The notes: generated by a model not told the origin, from the sequence alone. Shown: positions 9,536 through 17,586, counted from the stretch's first letter. The stretch is DNA of 44,933 bases from Elusimicrobiota bacterium (GCA_043827405.1 JBDRPD010000049.1:1-44933); one strand, 5' to 3'. Numbers and translations are program-made.

Positions 9536-9596
9536 CGATGGCGACCGCAGACCGGCCGGACAGCCCACCGAAAGAGACGGTTATGGTCGTTATTAA

Positions 9597-9621
9597 GGAT
9601 GGCCGCAAACGGCGGCCATTC
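9597..9621 (+). terminator. GC-rich hairpin after porV-like gene (possible terminator or mRNA-stabilising stem)
   Basis: GGATGGCCGC-AAACG-GCGGCCATTC, with a weak U-tract. Confidence 0.4.
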
Positions 9622-9627
9622 TCCGTA

Positions 9628-9656
9628 TTGAAAATTTAACAACGTATGCTTACACT
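9628..9656 (+). promoter_or_regulatory. sigma70-type promoter for motor module
   Basis: TTGAAA (9628-33), 17 nt, TACACT (9651-56). It overlaps the ORF-track ATG at 9646, which favours the 9685 start. Confidence 0.6.
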
Positions 9657-9684
9657 TTGGAGGCAGGACAGGGTTTCGACAACG

Positions 9685-11628
9685 ATGCTGATAAATAGAG
9701 TGACATCGCTTCTGCTCGCATGCTGTCTGCTGCCTTGGCAGGCATGGGCGGAGCTGCAGCCGCCGAACCTTGATCTCCTGAAGATGCGCGACGAGGTCAA
9801 GCGGGAAGCGCAGTCACGGATTCAGACGGAGATTCTCGATCGGGTCCTGGGCCAGAACAAGGCCTCCGTCTTTGTCGACCTCGAGCTGTCGCTGCGGGCT
9901 CGCCGGCGCGAGAACCTGAAGGGCGGCGCGGGCAAGACCGAGGAGTACAAGGCCAAGGGAGAAAAGCAGGGCGCCATCCCTACCGACATGTTCCTGCCGG
10001 GGGTGCCGCGGCCCAAGACGGTGACGCCGAAGAAGGAGATGGAAATCCCGGAGGCGGCCCAGGGGCGGACCGCCGAACTCTCCAAGGTCGAGCAGGAGGA
10101 GATCCATACCCAGGAAGTCCAGATCAAGGACTTCAAGGCGACGGTCATCCACGACAAGGGCTTGTCTCCCAAGAAGCGCGACGAAGTGCGGGCGCTTATC
10201 CTCGATGCCATGAGCGAGTACGAGATGGTGCCCGAGAACGTGATTTTCCGGGAGGCCGAATACTATTCGGCGGGGGAGAAGCCCTGGAAGCAGAAGCTGC
10301 TCGACGATCTAAAGGAGCCCAAGGTCTTTATCCCGCTGCTTTACGCCCTGCTGACTTTGCTGCTGCTGCTGTTTTTGTTCGGCCCGCTGCGGAGCTTCTT
10401 CCGGCGCTACACCGAGGCGCTGGCCGCCAAGCCCGCCGCCGAAGTGAACATCGAGTCGAATATCACGCCGCCGGATGACGAAGAGGAGGGCGGCGCCGGC
10501 GGGGGGGGAGGCGGCGGCACGGAGGACGGCAAGCTCGACATCATGATCGGCCGCAAGCCGCCCGAGCCGCCGCCTGATCCGGAGTCGGAAGAGGAGGACG
10601 ATATGGCGAAGATGGAACCCTTTGCCTATATTACCGAAGAGAACCTTAAGCGGCTGGCGAACCTGTTTCTGCTGCGGCGGGAGGAGCCGTGGCTGATCGC
10701 GGTGGTCCTGAGCTATCTGCAGCCCGAATTCGCCCGTGAGGTGCTGGCCTCCCTTCCGGTGGAGATCCAGTCGAAAGTGGCGATGGAGGCGCTCAAGGTG
10801 CGCCAGGTGACGCGCGAGCAGGTGCGCGCCATCGACGAGGATATTAAGGAGAACGTGGAGTTCGTGGTCGGCGGCATCGAGCGGCTTACCCGCATGCTCG
10901 AGGAGAGCGATCCGGCGACCCGGATGAATATTCTCGAGTCGCTCAAGAACGAGAAGCCGGTGGTCTATGAGCATGTGCGGCGCTCCATCCTGCTGTTCGA
11001 AGACGTCGTTGAGTTTCCCGACAAGGAAATGCAGATCATCGTGCGCGAGCTCAAGACCGAGGATATGGCCAAGGCGCTGCAGAACTGCACGCCGGAGGTG
11101 GTCGACAAGTTCTTCAAGAATATGTCGGCGAACGCGGCGTCGCTGCTCAAGGAGTCCATGGAGTTCATGAAGGACCTGACGCCGACGCAGATCGAGGACG
11201 AGCGCGGGAAAATACTTGATACCGTCAAGACGTTGGAGAAAGAGGGCAAGGTCAATATTCGCTCCGGCGGCGACCTGGGCAGCTACCAGGAGGTTTTGGC
11301 GACCGATGACGAGCGCGGCAAGAAGTATGAGGCGGTCGAGAAGGAAGAGCCCAAGGTCGAGCTCAACCCCGAAGAAGCGAAGAAGTACTTTGATGCCGGG
11401 GTATCCTCTTATGAGGAAGGCAAGCAGGATGAGGCGCTCGAGTACTTCCGCCAGGCGGTCGATTACGATCCCGACCTGTGGGAGGCCGCGCAGTATATGG
11501 GAACGATTTTGAGCGAGATGGGACGCACCTCCGAGGCGCTTATGTATTACGAGAAGGTCTTGGAGAAGCATCCGGACCAGGAGCTGCAGGCCTGGGTGGA
11601 CGCGCAGAAGACGCAGGCGCAGTCGTAG
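9685..11628 (+). CDS. FliF-RBM3-like / single TM / FliG middle+C-terminal / TPR fusion protein
   Basis: Signal peptide MLINRVTSLLLACCLLPWQAWA. FliF-RBM3-like SRIQTEILDRVLGQNKASVFVDLEL..LPG..IKDFKATVIHD..EVRALILDAM. TM at ~10324-10389. FliG motifs PFAYI, EEPW (EHPQ), GG hinge, ILLFED (MFxF) and FFKNMS..AA.LLKE. C-terminal TPRs. The FliG part is clear; the FliF part is less certain. Confidence 0.8.
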   Translation: MLINRVTSLLLACCLLPWQAWAELQPPNLDLLKMRDEVKREAQSRIQTEILDRVLGQNKASVFVDLELSLRARRRENLKGGAGKTEEYKAKGEKQGAIPTDMFLPGVPRPKTVTPKKEMEIPEAAQGRTAELSKVEQEEIHTQEVQIKDFKATVIHDKGLSPKKRDEVRALILDAMSEYEMVPENVIFREAEYYSAGEKPWKQKLLDDLKEPKVFIPLLYALLTLLLLLFLFGPLRSFFRRYTEALAAKPAAEVNIESNITPPDDEEEGGAGGGGGGGTEDGKLDIMIGRKPPEPPPDPESEEEDDMAKMEPFAYITEENLKRLANLFLLRREEPWLIAVVLSYLQPEFAREVLASLPVEIQSKVAMEALKVRQVTREQVRAIDEDIKENVEFVVGGIERLTRMLEESDPATRMNILESLKNEKPVVYEHVRRSILLFEDVVEFPDKEMQIIVRELKTEDMAKALQNCTPEVVDKFFKNMSANAASLLKESMEFMKDLTPTQIEDERGKILDTVKTLEKEGKVNIRSGGDLGSYQEVLATDDERGKKYEAVEKEEPKVELNPEEAKKYFDAGVSSYEEGKQDEALEYFRQAVDYDPDLWEAAQYMGTILSEMGRTSEALMYYEKVLEKHPDQELQAWVDAQKTQAQS

Positions 11629-11696
11629 CCCGTTTTATACCACGCCGAGGAAGACATCCGCTGCCCTGAACGGGCGGCGCAGAGAGTGATATCGCC

Positions 11697-13895
11697 ATGG
11701 CTGATGAATCGATATTCGACCACTATCCTCCGCCCCCTCCGGGCGGACCGCCGGCGCCGTCCGGCCGGCCGCCGGGTCCGCCGCCTCCACCGCGGTCCCG
11801 TCCGGGCCTGCCGCCGGGGCCGCCCCGGGGCGGCCTGGGGCTGCCGCCGGCGCCCCCGCCCCCGCGCGGGCGGATGCCGGGGCCTCCCGGCATGCATCCG
11901 GGCATGCCTCCCGGCCCGCCGCCCGAGGATCCGCGCAAGCTGGAGCTTGAGGAAAAGGTCCAGCAGCTGGAAAAGAAGCTCGAGAAGGAGCATGAGCAGG
12001 TCCTGCTTGCCAGCCTGAAGTCCCAGGAAGAGAAGGCGATCGCCGCCCGCGTCGAGACCTCGATAAAGGATATTCAGGACAAGCTGCGGCGCGACCGGCG
12101 CGAGGCGGAGAACGAGGAGGTGCGTCTCAAGCTCGAGACCAAGATCACGGAGCTGGAGAGCCGGCTGGTCCAGGAGCGGGAGACCTGGGTTTCGACGCTC
12201 AAGAACCAGATGGCTTCCCGGGAGGGCCAGGACAAGGAAATCGAGACGCACTTCATGATGCGCATCCAGGAAATGGAGCGCCGCTGGCTCGAGGAGAAGG
12301 CGCATTGGCAGACGGTTTCCAACAATAGCGCCGAGGAGAACCGGCGCCTGAAGGAAAAGCTTGAGGGGCTGGAGAAGATCGACGCGGAGTACCAGAAGGT
12401 AAGCCACGACAAAGAGGCCCTGGAGGAGCGGGTTCGGGAGATGGCCCAGGACAAGGCCACGCTGCAGGCGAAGGTGAACGGCGCCTCGGAGCGGGAACGC
12501 GACTTCTTCCAGATGAAGGCCGACCTGCAGACCACGCGCGAGCAGCTGCGGATCAGCCAGGAGAAGTACGAGCGGGACCTCCCGGCCGCGCGCGCCTCGG
12601 CCAAGGAGCGTGAGCAGCGGCTGCTCAGCGACAACGAGCGTCTGCAGAGCGAGCTGGCCGGCGTCACCCGGCGCATTCGCGCCGAATACGAGTCGGAGAT
12701 ACGCCGCATTCGGGCCGAGAGCGAGGGCGAGCTGAAAAAGTCCCGCGCCCAGGCCGATCTGGCGGGCGCCGCCCTGCAGCGCATGCGCGCCGTGGGCAGC
12801 GCGCTCGAGAAGCAGGTCGCCTCCCTGCGCGCTCAGGCCACCGAGGCCAAGAAGCTGAAGGAAGAGATGCAGCGGATCAACGAGCGCTACAAGGCGGAGT
12901 TCATCGTCCTGCAGCGCAAGTGGCAGGACCGCGAGGTCGAGATTCGCAAGTCGGCGGAAGCCGACTTCGAGAAGCGGCTGGAGACGGAAAAGACCAAGAT
13001 CAAGCTGCGGGCGCAGGAGGAGGTCCAGAGCCGGGTGATTAAGGTTCAGGAGAACCTGCGCAAGGACATGGAAGGGCAGCTGCTCGAGCGCGAGCGCGCG
13101 CTGCGGCTGGAGACGGAGCGGCAGGTTTCCGAGCGCTCCCAGAAGGCGCAGAAAGAGCTGGAGGATATGCGCCGCAAGCTCGAGGACGAGCTCAAGCGCA
13201 AGTCCGACGAGTACGCCAAGCGCGACCTGCACTGGCAGGAGCGGCAGGTCAAGTCGGAGACCGAGACCAATACGCTTAAGGCCGAGCTCGACGGCATCCG
13301 TCTGCGTCTTAAGAAGGAAGAGGAGCTCAATATAAAAACCGCGCAGGAGAAGATGGAGCTGGAAAAGACCGCCTCCGGCCTTTACGAGAAGGTCCGGCTG
13401 CAGCAGGCCGCAATCGATGAGAACGCCAAGCGGCTCGACGAAGAGGAGCGCCGTTGCCGCGCGCTGGCCAAGGAGAAGGACAAGTGGGAGCAGGGGCAGG
13501 CCCTCTACGAGGAGCGCATCGGCGACGCGCGCGCGCGTCTCGCGAAGCTTGAGGGGGATCTCGCCGCGGCGCAAGCCGAGGGCGCGTCGCTGCGCAGCGG
13601 CAAAGTCGAGCTGCAGGAGACGGTGGCGAAGATCGAGGCCGAGCACTCCCGCCAGCTCGAGACCTGGCGGCGCAAGCTCGATCTGGTGCGGCGCGACTAT
13701 GAGGCGCGCCTTAAGAGTGTTGAGGCGGAGCGGGGGCGGGCGCTGCGGGATTTGGCCAATAAGGAAGCGGCGGCGCAGCAGCGGCCGGCGGTGGAAAGCG
13801 AGTCGGTTTTCGATAAGCTCCAGGGGATATGGAAAAAGAAGGACAGCCCGCAGCGGCCCGAGCCCCCGGCGCCGCCGATGATCGGGTCGGTCTAG
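11697..13895 (+). CDS. Cytoplasmic long coiled-coil protein with Pro/Gly-rich N-terminus
   Basis: ~70 aa of poly-Pro/PPG repeats followed by ~620 aa of E/K/R/L/Q-rich heptad sequence. No signal peptide, TM or Walker motif. Confidence 0.85.
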   Translation: MADESIFDHYPPPPPGGPPAPSGRPPGPPPPPRSRPGLPPGPPRGGLGLPPAPPPPRGRMPGPPGMHPGMPPGPPPEDPRKLELEEKVQQLEKKLEKEHEQVLLASLKSQEEKAIAARVETSIKDIQDKLRRDRREAENEEVRLKLETKITELESRLVQERETWVSTLKNQMASREGQDKEIETHFMMRIQEMERRWLEEKAHWQTVSNNSAEENRRLKEKLEGLEKIDAEYQKVSHDKEALEERVREMAQDKATLQAKVNGASERERDFFQMKADLQTTREQLRISQEKYERDLPAARASAKEREQRLLSDNERLQSELAGVTRRIRAEYESEIRRIRAESEGELKKSRAQADLAGAALQRMRAVGSALEKQVASLRAQATEAKKLKEEMQRINERYKAEFIVLQRKWQDREVEIRKSAEADFEKRLETEKTKIKLRAQEEVQSRVIKVQENLRKDMEGQLLERERALRLETERQVSERSQKAQKELEDMRRKLEDELKRKSDEYAKRDLHWQERQVKSETETNTLKAELDGIRLRLKKEEELNIKTAQEKMELEKTASGLYEKVRLQQAAIDENAKRLDEEERRCRALAKEKDKWEQGQALYEERIGDARARLAKLEGDLAAAQAEGASLRSGKVELQETVAKIEAEHSRQLETWRRKLDLVRRDYEARLKSVEAERGRALRDLANKEAAAQQRPAVESESVFDKLQGIWKKKDSPQRPEPPAPPMIGSV

Positions 13896-13912
13896 CCGGT
13901 TTCTGTAATGCG

Positions 13913-13921
13913 TGCTATAGT
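13913..13921 (+). promoter_or_regulatory. Possible extended -10 promoter for flbD-motAB
   Basis: TGcTATAGT 27 nt upstream of the flbD ATG; GAGGA Shine-Dalgarno before 13949. Confidence 0.4.
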
Positions 13922-13948
13922 GAGGGTCACTCACGGTAGAGGACAGGA

Positions 13949-14176
13949 ATGATAAAGCTGACGAGATTGAACGGAGAGCCGTTCACGCTCAACGCGGAGC
14001 TCATCGAGACGCTCGAGCCTGCGCCCAAGAGCACGGTCGTCCATCTGGCGACCAACAACCGATACAACGTTTTGGAGTCGGTGGACGATATTACGGGAAA
14101 GGTGATAGAGTACCGTCGGAAAGTCAACGCGGAATCCAAGGGATTCAACGCGATTCGGGGTTTCGAGAGGACGTGA
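13949..14176 (+). CDS. flbD: FlbD/SwrD-family protein
   Basis: MIKLTRLNGEPFTLNAELIETLE..P.STVVHL..N..Y.V.ES.D.I..KVIEYRRK matches the family pattern; usual position directly before motA. Confidence 0.9.
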   Translation: MIKLTRLNGEPFTLNAELIETLEPAPKSTVVHLATNNRYNVLESVDDITGKVIEYRRKVNAESKGFNAIRGFERT

Positions 14177-14192
14177 TTAGAGAGGGCTCGCC

Positions 14193-14999
14193 ATGGATTT
14201 AGGGACCATATTCGGCATCCTGATGTTCGCCGGGCTCGCCGGCGGCGCCATCATCCATTCAGAGGGCCTTGCGGGATTCAAGCCGTTTCTGAACGCCGAG
14301 GCTTTTCTCATCGTTATGGGCGGGACCTTCTGCGCGACGCTCGTCAACTTTCCCCTGAAACACGTGCTGGGACTGGGCAAGATCGTGCGCAAGGTGATGT
14401 TTCAGGTCAAAGAGGATACCACGAATATCGTCAGCGTCTTCGTGACCCTGGCGCAAAAGGCCAAGCGCGAGGGTTTTTTGGCTCTGCAGGAGGACGTCGA
14501 CGCCTTAAATGACGACTTCATCAAGCGCGGCATTCAGCTGGTGATCGACGGCGCGGATCAGGAATTCATCCGCAATATGCTGGAGACCGAGATCGGCTTC
14601 ATCCGTGAGCGCCATAAGGGCGGCCAGGAGATCTTCGCGGCGCTGGGCACCTATGCCCCCTGCTTCGGCATTATCGGCACCGTTCTCGGCATGATCCTGA
14701 TGCTGAGCTCGATCGAAGACGTCTCGGCGGTGCCGCGCCGGATGGCGCTGGCGCTCTCCGCCGCCTTCTTCGGCCTCGGTTCCGGCTATCTGATCTTTCT
14801 GCCGATGAGCGGCAAGCTGAAGACCCGCTCGGAGGAAGAGCTGCTGATCAAGGAAATCGTGATCCGCGGCGTCCTGCTGCTGCAGAGCGGCGCTACCCCG
14901 ACCGTGGTGGAAGCGAATCTGAAGGCTTATCTCGAGCCCTCCAAGCGCGTGCTCGTGCGCCTGGATGAGGGGGAGGCGGCTCCGCCTCCGGCGGCCTAG
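14193..14999 (+). CDS. motA: Stator A subunit MotA/PomA family
   Basis: MDLGTIFG, AFLIVMGGT, AKREGFLAL, FIKRGIQLVIDG, YAPCFGIIGTVLGMI, FLPMSGKL. Confidence 0.93.
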   Translation: MDLGTIFGILMFAGLAGGAIIHSEGLAGFKPFLNAEAFLIVMGGTFCATLVNFPLKHVLGLGKIVRKVMFQVKEDTTNIVSVFVTLAQKAKREGFLALQEDVDALNDDFIKRGIQLVIDGADQEFIRNMLETEIGFIRERHKGGQEIFAALGTYAPCFGIIGTVLGMILMLSSIEDVSAVPRRMALALSAAFFGLGSGYLIFLPMSGKLKTRSEEELLIKEIVIRGVLLLQSGATPTVVEANLKAYLEPSKRVLVRLDEGEAAPPPAA

Positions 15000-15002
15000 C
15001 GT

Positions 15003-15716
15003 ATGGCGCTTAAGCCGCCCAAGGGCTGCATTGATGAGTCGGATCCCCGGGTCGCGCAGTTCGGCCACCCGGCGCCGGCCTGGCTTTTCCCTTACGCCGA
15101 CCTCATGACCGAACTCGTCTGCTTTTTCGTCATCCTCTATGCCTTGTCGGCGGCTCTCGATCCGGCCGCGCAGAAAGGCAAGGAGGAGATCGACAAGGTG
15201 ATGGATGAGCAGGGGGTCGCGGGCGAGGTTACGCTGACCAAAGAGGGCCTGCGCGTTTCGATGACGGAGGAAGGCGGCTTTTCGTTTTTCGAAAGCGGCT
15301 TCGCCGAGCTGACTCCGAAGATGCGGGAGACCCTCGCCAAGATGGCGGTTCCGCTAAAGGGTATGGCGGAGCAAAACAAGATGATCCTCGTCGAAGGATA
15401 TACCGATAATATCCCGATCCATAACGATTATTTCTGGTCCAACTGGGAGCTGTCCACGGCGCGCGCCACGTCGGTAGTCGAGTATTTCATCAACGAGAGG
15501 GGCTTCCCGCCCGCCTGCATGGCCGCCATGGGCTTCGGCGAGCATCAGCCGAAGTGCAAGGAAAACAGCCACGAATGCCGCAGCCGCAACCGGCGGGTCG
15601 AGTTTTTAGTGCGCAGCCCCGGCCTGGGCACCAATATATGCTCCGGCAAGCCCACACCAAAGCCCGCGCCCAAGGCTGAGCGGGGCCCGCCCGCGCAGGA
15701 GAAGAAGGAGACATGA
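15003..15716 (+). CDS. motB: Stator B subunit MotB (TM Asp + OmpA-like peptidoglycan-binding domain)
   Basis: WLFPYADLMTELVCFFVILYA TM with the conserved Asp; VEGYTDNIPI, SNWELSTARA, NRRVEF. Confidence 0.93.
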   Translation: MALKPPKGCIDESDPRVAQFGHPAPAWLFPYADLMTELVCFFVILYALSAALDPAAQKGKEEIDKVMDEQGVAGEVTLTKEGLRVSMTEEGGFSFFESGFAELTPKMRETLAKMAVPLKGMAEQNKMILVEGYTDNIPIHNDYFWSNWELSTARATSVVEYFINERGFPPACMAAMGFGEHQPKCKENSHECRSRNRRVEFLVRSPGLGTNICSGKPTPKPAPKAERGPPAQEKKET

Positions 15717-16429
15717 AACATTATTGGATACTGATCCTTCCCGTCGCGGCGCTGGCGCTGGCCGGGAGCGGCTGCGGCAGCATGCAGCTGGGCAAGGCCA
15801 GCAAGAAAAAGGTTGTGCTCAAGGACTTCGCGGAAGGCCGCGTCGAGCAGGTGGCTATTACCGACCGCCTGACGGGCGCCAAGGAGATGCTGTTCGTCTC
15901 GATGCCCAAGAAATCGCTTTTTCTCGAGGGCTATATCGTGGGCGCCGTGACCGACTACGACGACAAGCCGATCGAGGGGGTGGTGGTGCGGGCGGTGGCC
16001 GAGGGGGAAGCGAAGTTCGTGGCCAAGGGGCAGGCGTCCTTCCAGACGTCTTCCTTTGACGCCGGCGTCAGCGATACCAACGGCATCTACCGTATTCGCT
16101 TCAGCCTGCCCATCGTCAATAATATCGTGGATATCCAGGGCAAGCTGATGTATAACCCCGGCTGGGAGCAGGAACTTATCAACCTCGGTCAGGCCTATGA
16201 GCCGCAGAAGAAGGAGAGTCCGTTCCGGCTCTATTTCGATATGAAGCAGGGGATGATCGTCTTCGGCGAGGGCCAGCAGAAGGTCGTCGTCCGCTCCGCG
16301 ATCGGCGAAGCGCGCGACCGCGCCGTGCCCGGCACTAAGGCGGCGGCGCCCGCCGCGGGGGCAGGTCAGAAGCCCGCCGGCGAGGAAGAGAACCTGTTTC
16401 AGGGTTTTGGTTTCGGCGCGTCACCTTGA
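15713..16429 (+). CDS. Lipoprotein with carboxypeptidase-regulatory-like (prealbumin-like) beta domain
   Basis: Lipobox-like LAGSG-C; IVGAVTDYDDKPIEGVVVRA..SDTNGIYRI; ATGA overlap with the motB stop. Confidence 0.7.
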   Translation: MKHYWILILPVAALALAGSGCGSMQLGKASKKKVVLKDFAEGRVEQVAITDRLTGAKEMLFVSMPKKSLFLEGYIVGAVTDYDDKPIEGVVVRAVAEGEAKFVAKGQASFQTSSFDAGVSDTNGIYRIRFSLPIVNNIVDIQGKLMYNPGWEQELINLGQAYEPQKKESPFRLYFDMKQGMIVFGEGQQKVVVRSAIGEARDRAVPGTKAAAPAAGAGQKPAGEEENLFQGFGFGASP

Positions 16430-17586
16430 GCGAGCCGCCCCGCGTATATCTGGACCACAACGCCACGACACCCGTGCGGCCCGAGGTGCGCGAGGCGATG
16501 CTGCCCTACCTCGGCGGCTCCTTCGGCAATCCCAGCAGCGTCTACTCCTTGGGCCAGGCGGCGCGGCGCGCCGTTGAGGAGGCGCGCGAGCACGTGGCGG
16601 AGCTGATCGGCGCGATGCCGGGGGAGATCGTCTTCACCTCCTGCGGTTCGGAGTCCGATGTGCTGGCGGTCTGCGGCGCCGCGCGGGCCGCGCATCGCCG
16701 CGACGCCGGCGAGCGCCGCCACATCATCACGACGGAGGTCGAGCATGAGGCGGTACACGGCGCCTGCCGCCTGCTGCCGGCGCGCGATTTTACCGCGACG
16801 AAGCTGCCGGTGGACGACGAAGGACGCGTCGCGCCGGCGGACGTCGCCGCCGCCATCCGTCCCGCGACCGCGGTCGTTTCCGTCATGCTCGCCAATAACG
16901 AGACCGGGACGATCCAGCCTGTCGGCGCCATCGCGGAGGCCTGCCGCGGCCGCGATATCCTGGTGCATACCGATGCCGTGCAGGCCGTCGGCAAGATCCC
17001 GGTCAGCGTCACGGCGCTGGGAGTGGACCTGCTGTCGCTGTCCGGGCATAAGATCAATGCGCCGAAAGGGGTGGGCGCGCTCTATATTCGCGCCGGGATC
17101 AAGCTGGAGCCGTTGATCGCCGGATTTCAGGAGCGCCAGCGCCGGGGCGGTACCGAGAACGTCGCTTCGATCGTCGGGCTGGGAACGGCGGCGGCCCTGA
17201 TCCGCGGTGAGCTCGCCGCGCACGGTACGGAGCTGCTGGAGCTGCGCCGCCGGCTGGAGGCGGGCCTGGACCGCCTGCCCGGCGCTCGGCGGACCTGCCG
17301 GACCGGCGAACGCCTGCCGAATACCTGCCACTATTGCTTCGCCGAAGTCGACGGGCACCATCTGGTGGTGTCGCTGGACCTTGAGGGCTTCTGCGTGTCC
17401 GGCGGGCCCGCCTGCTCGGGCGGGATGACCGAACTGTCGCACGTGCTCAAGGCCATGCGGGTCCCGCCGGAGGCCGGACGGGGGGCGCTGCGCATCTCAC
17501 TGGGCTGGGGCAGCCAGCGCGAAGACATCGACCGCTTCCTCGAGGTCCTCCCCGGGACGCTCGACCGGCTCCGCCGCGCGGAATAA
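16426..17586 (+). CDS. iscS: Cysteine desulfurase (IscS/NifS family)
   Basis: YLDHNATTP, GNPSS, HTDAVQ, SGHK (PLP Lys), SGGPAC (catalytic Cys); TTG start overlaps the upstream TGA. Confidence 0.92.
   Translation: MSEPPRVYLDHNATTPVRPEVREAMLPYLGGSFGNPSSVYSLGQAARRAVEEAREHVAELIGAMPGEIVFTSCGSESDVLAVCGAARAAHRRDAGERRHIITTEVEHEAVHGACRLLPARDFTATKLPVDDEGRVAPADVAAAIRPATAVVSVMLANNETGTIQPVGAIAEACRGRDILVHTDAVQAVGKIPVSVTALGVDLLSLSGHKINAPKGVGALYIRAGIKLEPLIAGFQERQRRGGTENVASIVGLGTAAALIRGELAAHGTELLELRRRLEAGLDRLPGARRTCRTGERLPNTCHYCFAEVDGHHLVVSLDLEGFCVSGGPACSGGMTELSHVLKAMRVPPEAGRGALRISLGWGSQREDIDRFLEVLPGTLDRLRRAE

Noticed and set aside
9538..9594. Imperfect long hairpin containing GACAGCC..CCGAAA, reminiscent of the 3' half of a second GEMM aptamer
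   Set aside because: No P2/GNRA stem or GCAAA junction, and the stem relies on many G-U pairs; insufficient support for an ncRNA call
11720..11930. CCG/GGC-rich repetitive DNA
   Set aside because: Explained by the poly-Pro/Gly coding sequence; not a DNA repeat element
11697..13895. SMC/chromosome-segregation annotation for the coiled-coil protein
   Set aside because: No Walker A/B, signature motif or hinge domain
271..13934. Long antisense ORFs (e.g. 271-2040, 3445-5622, 7889-9271, 11547-13934) and similar ones across the window
   Set aside because: Shadow frames of GC-rich, codon-biased sense genes; no recognisable motifs
14193..15716. Zorya (ZorAB), ExbBD or TolQR identity for the 5:2 motor
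   Set aside because: MotA has the flagellar-type cytoplasmic domain and no long ZorA tail, MotB has an OmpA-like domain, flbD and a FliG domain are adjacent, and there are no zorC/D/E or tonB/tolA genes
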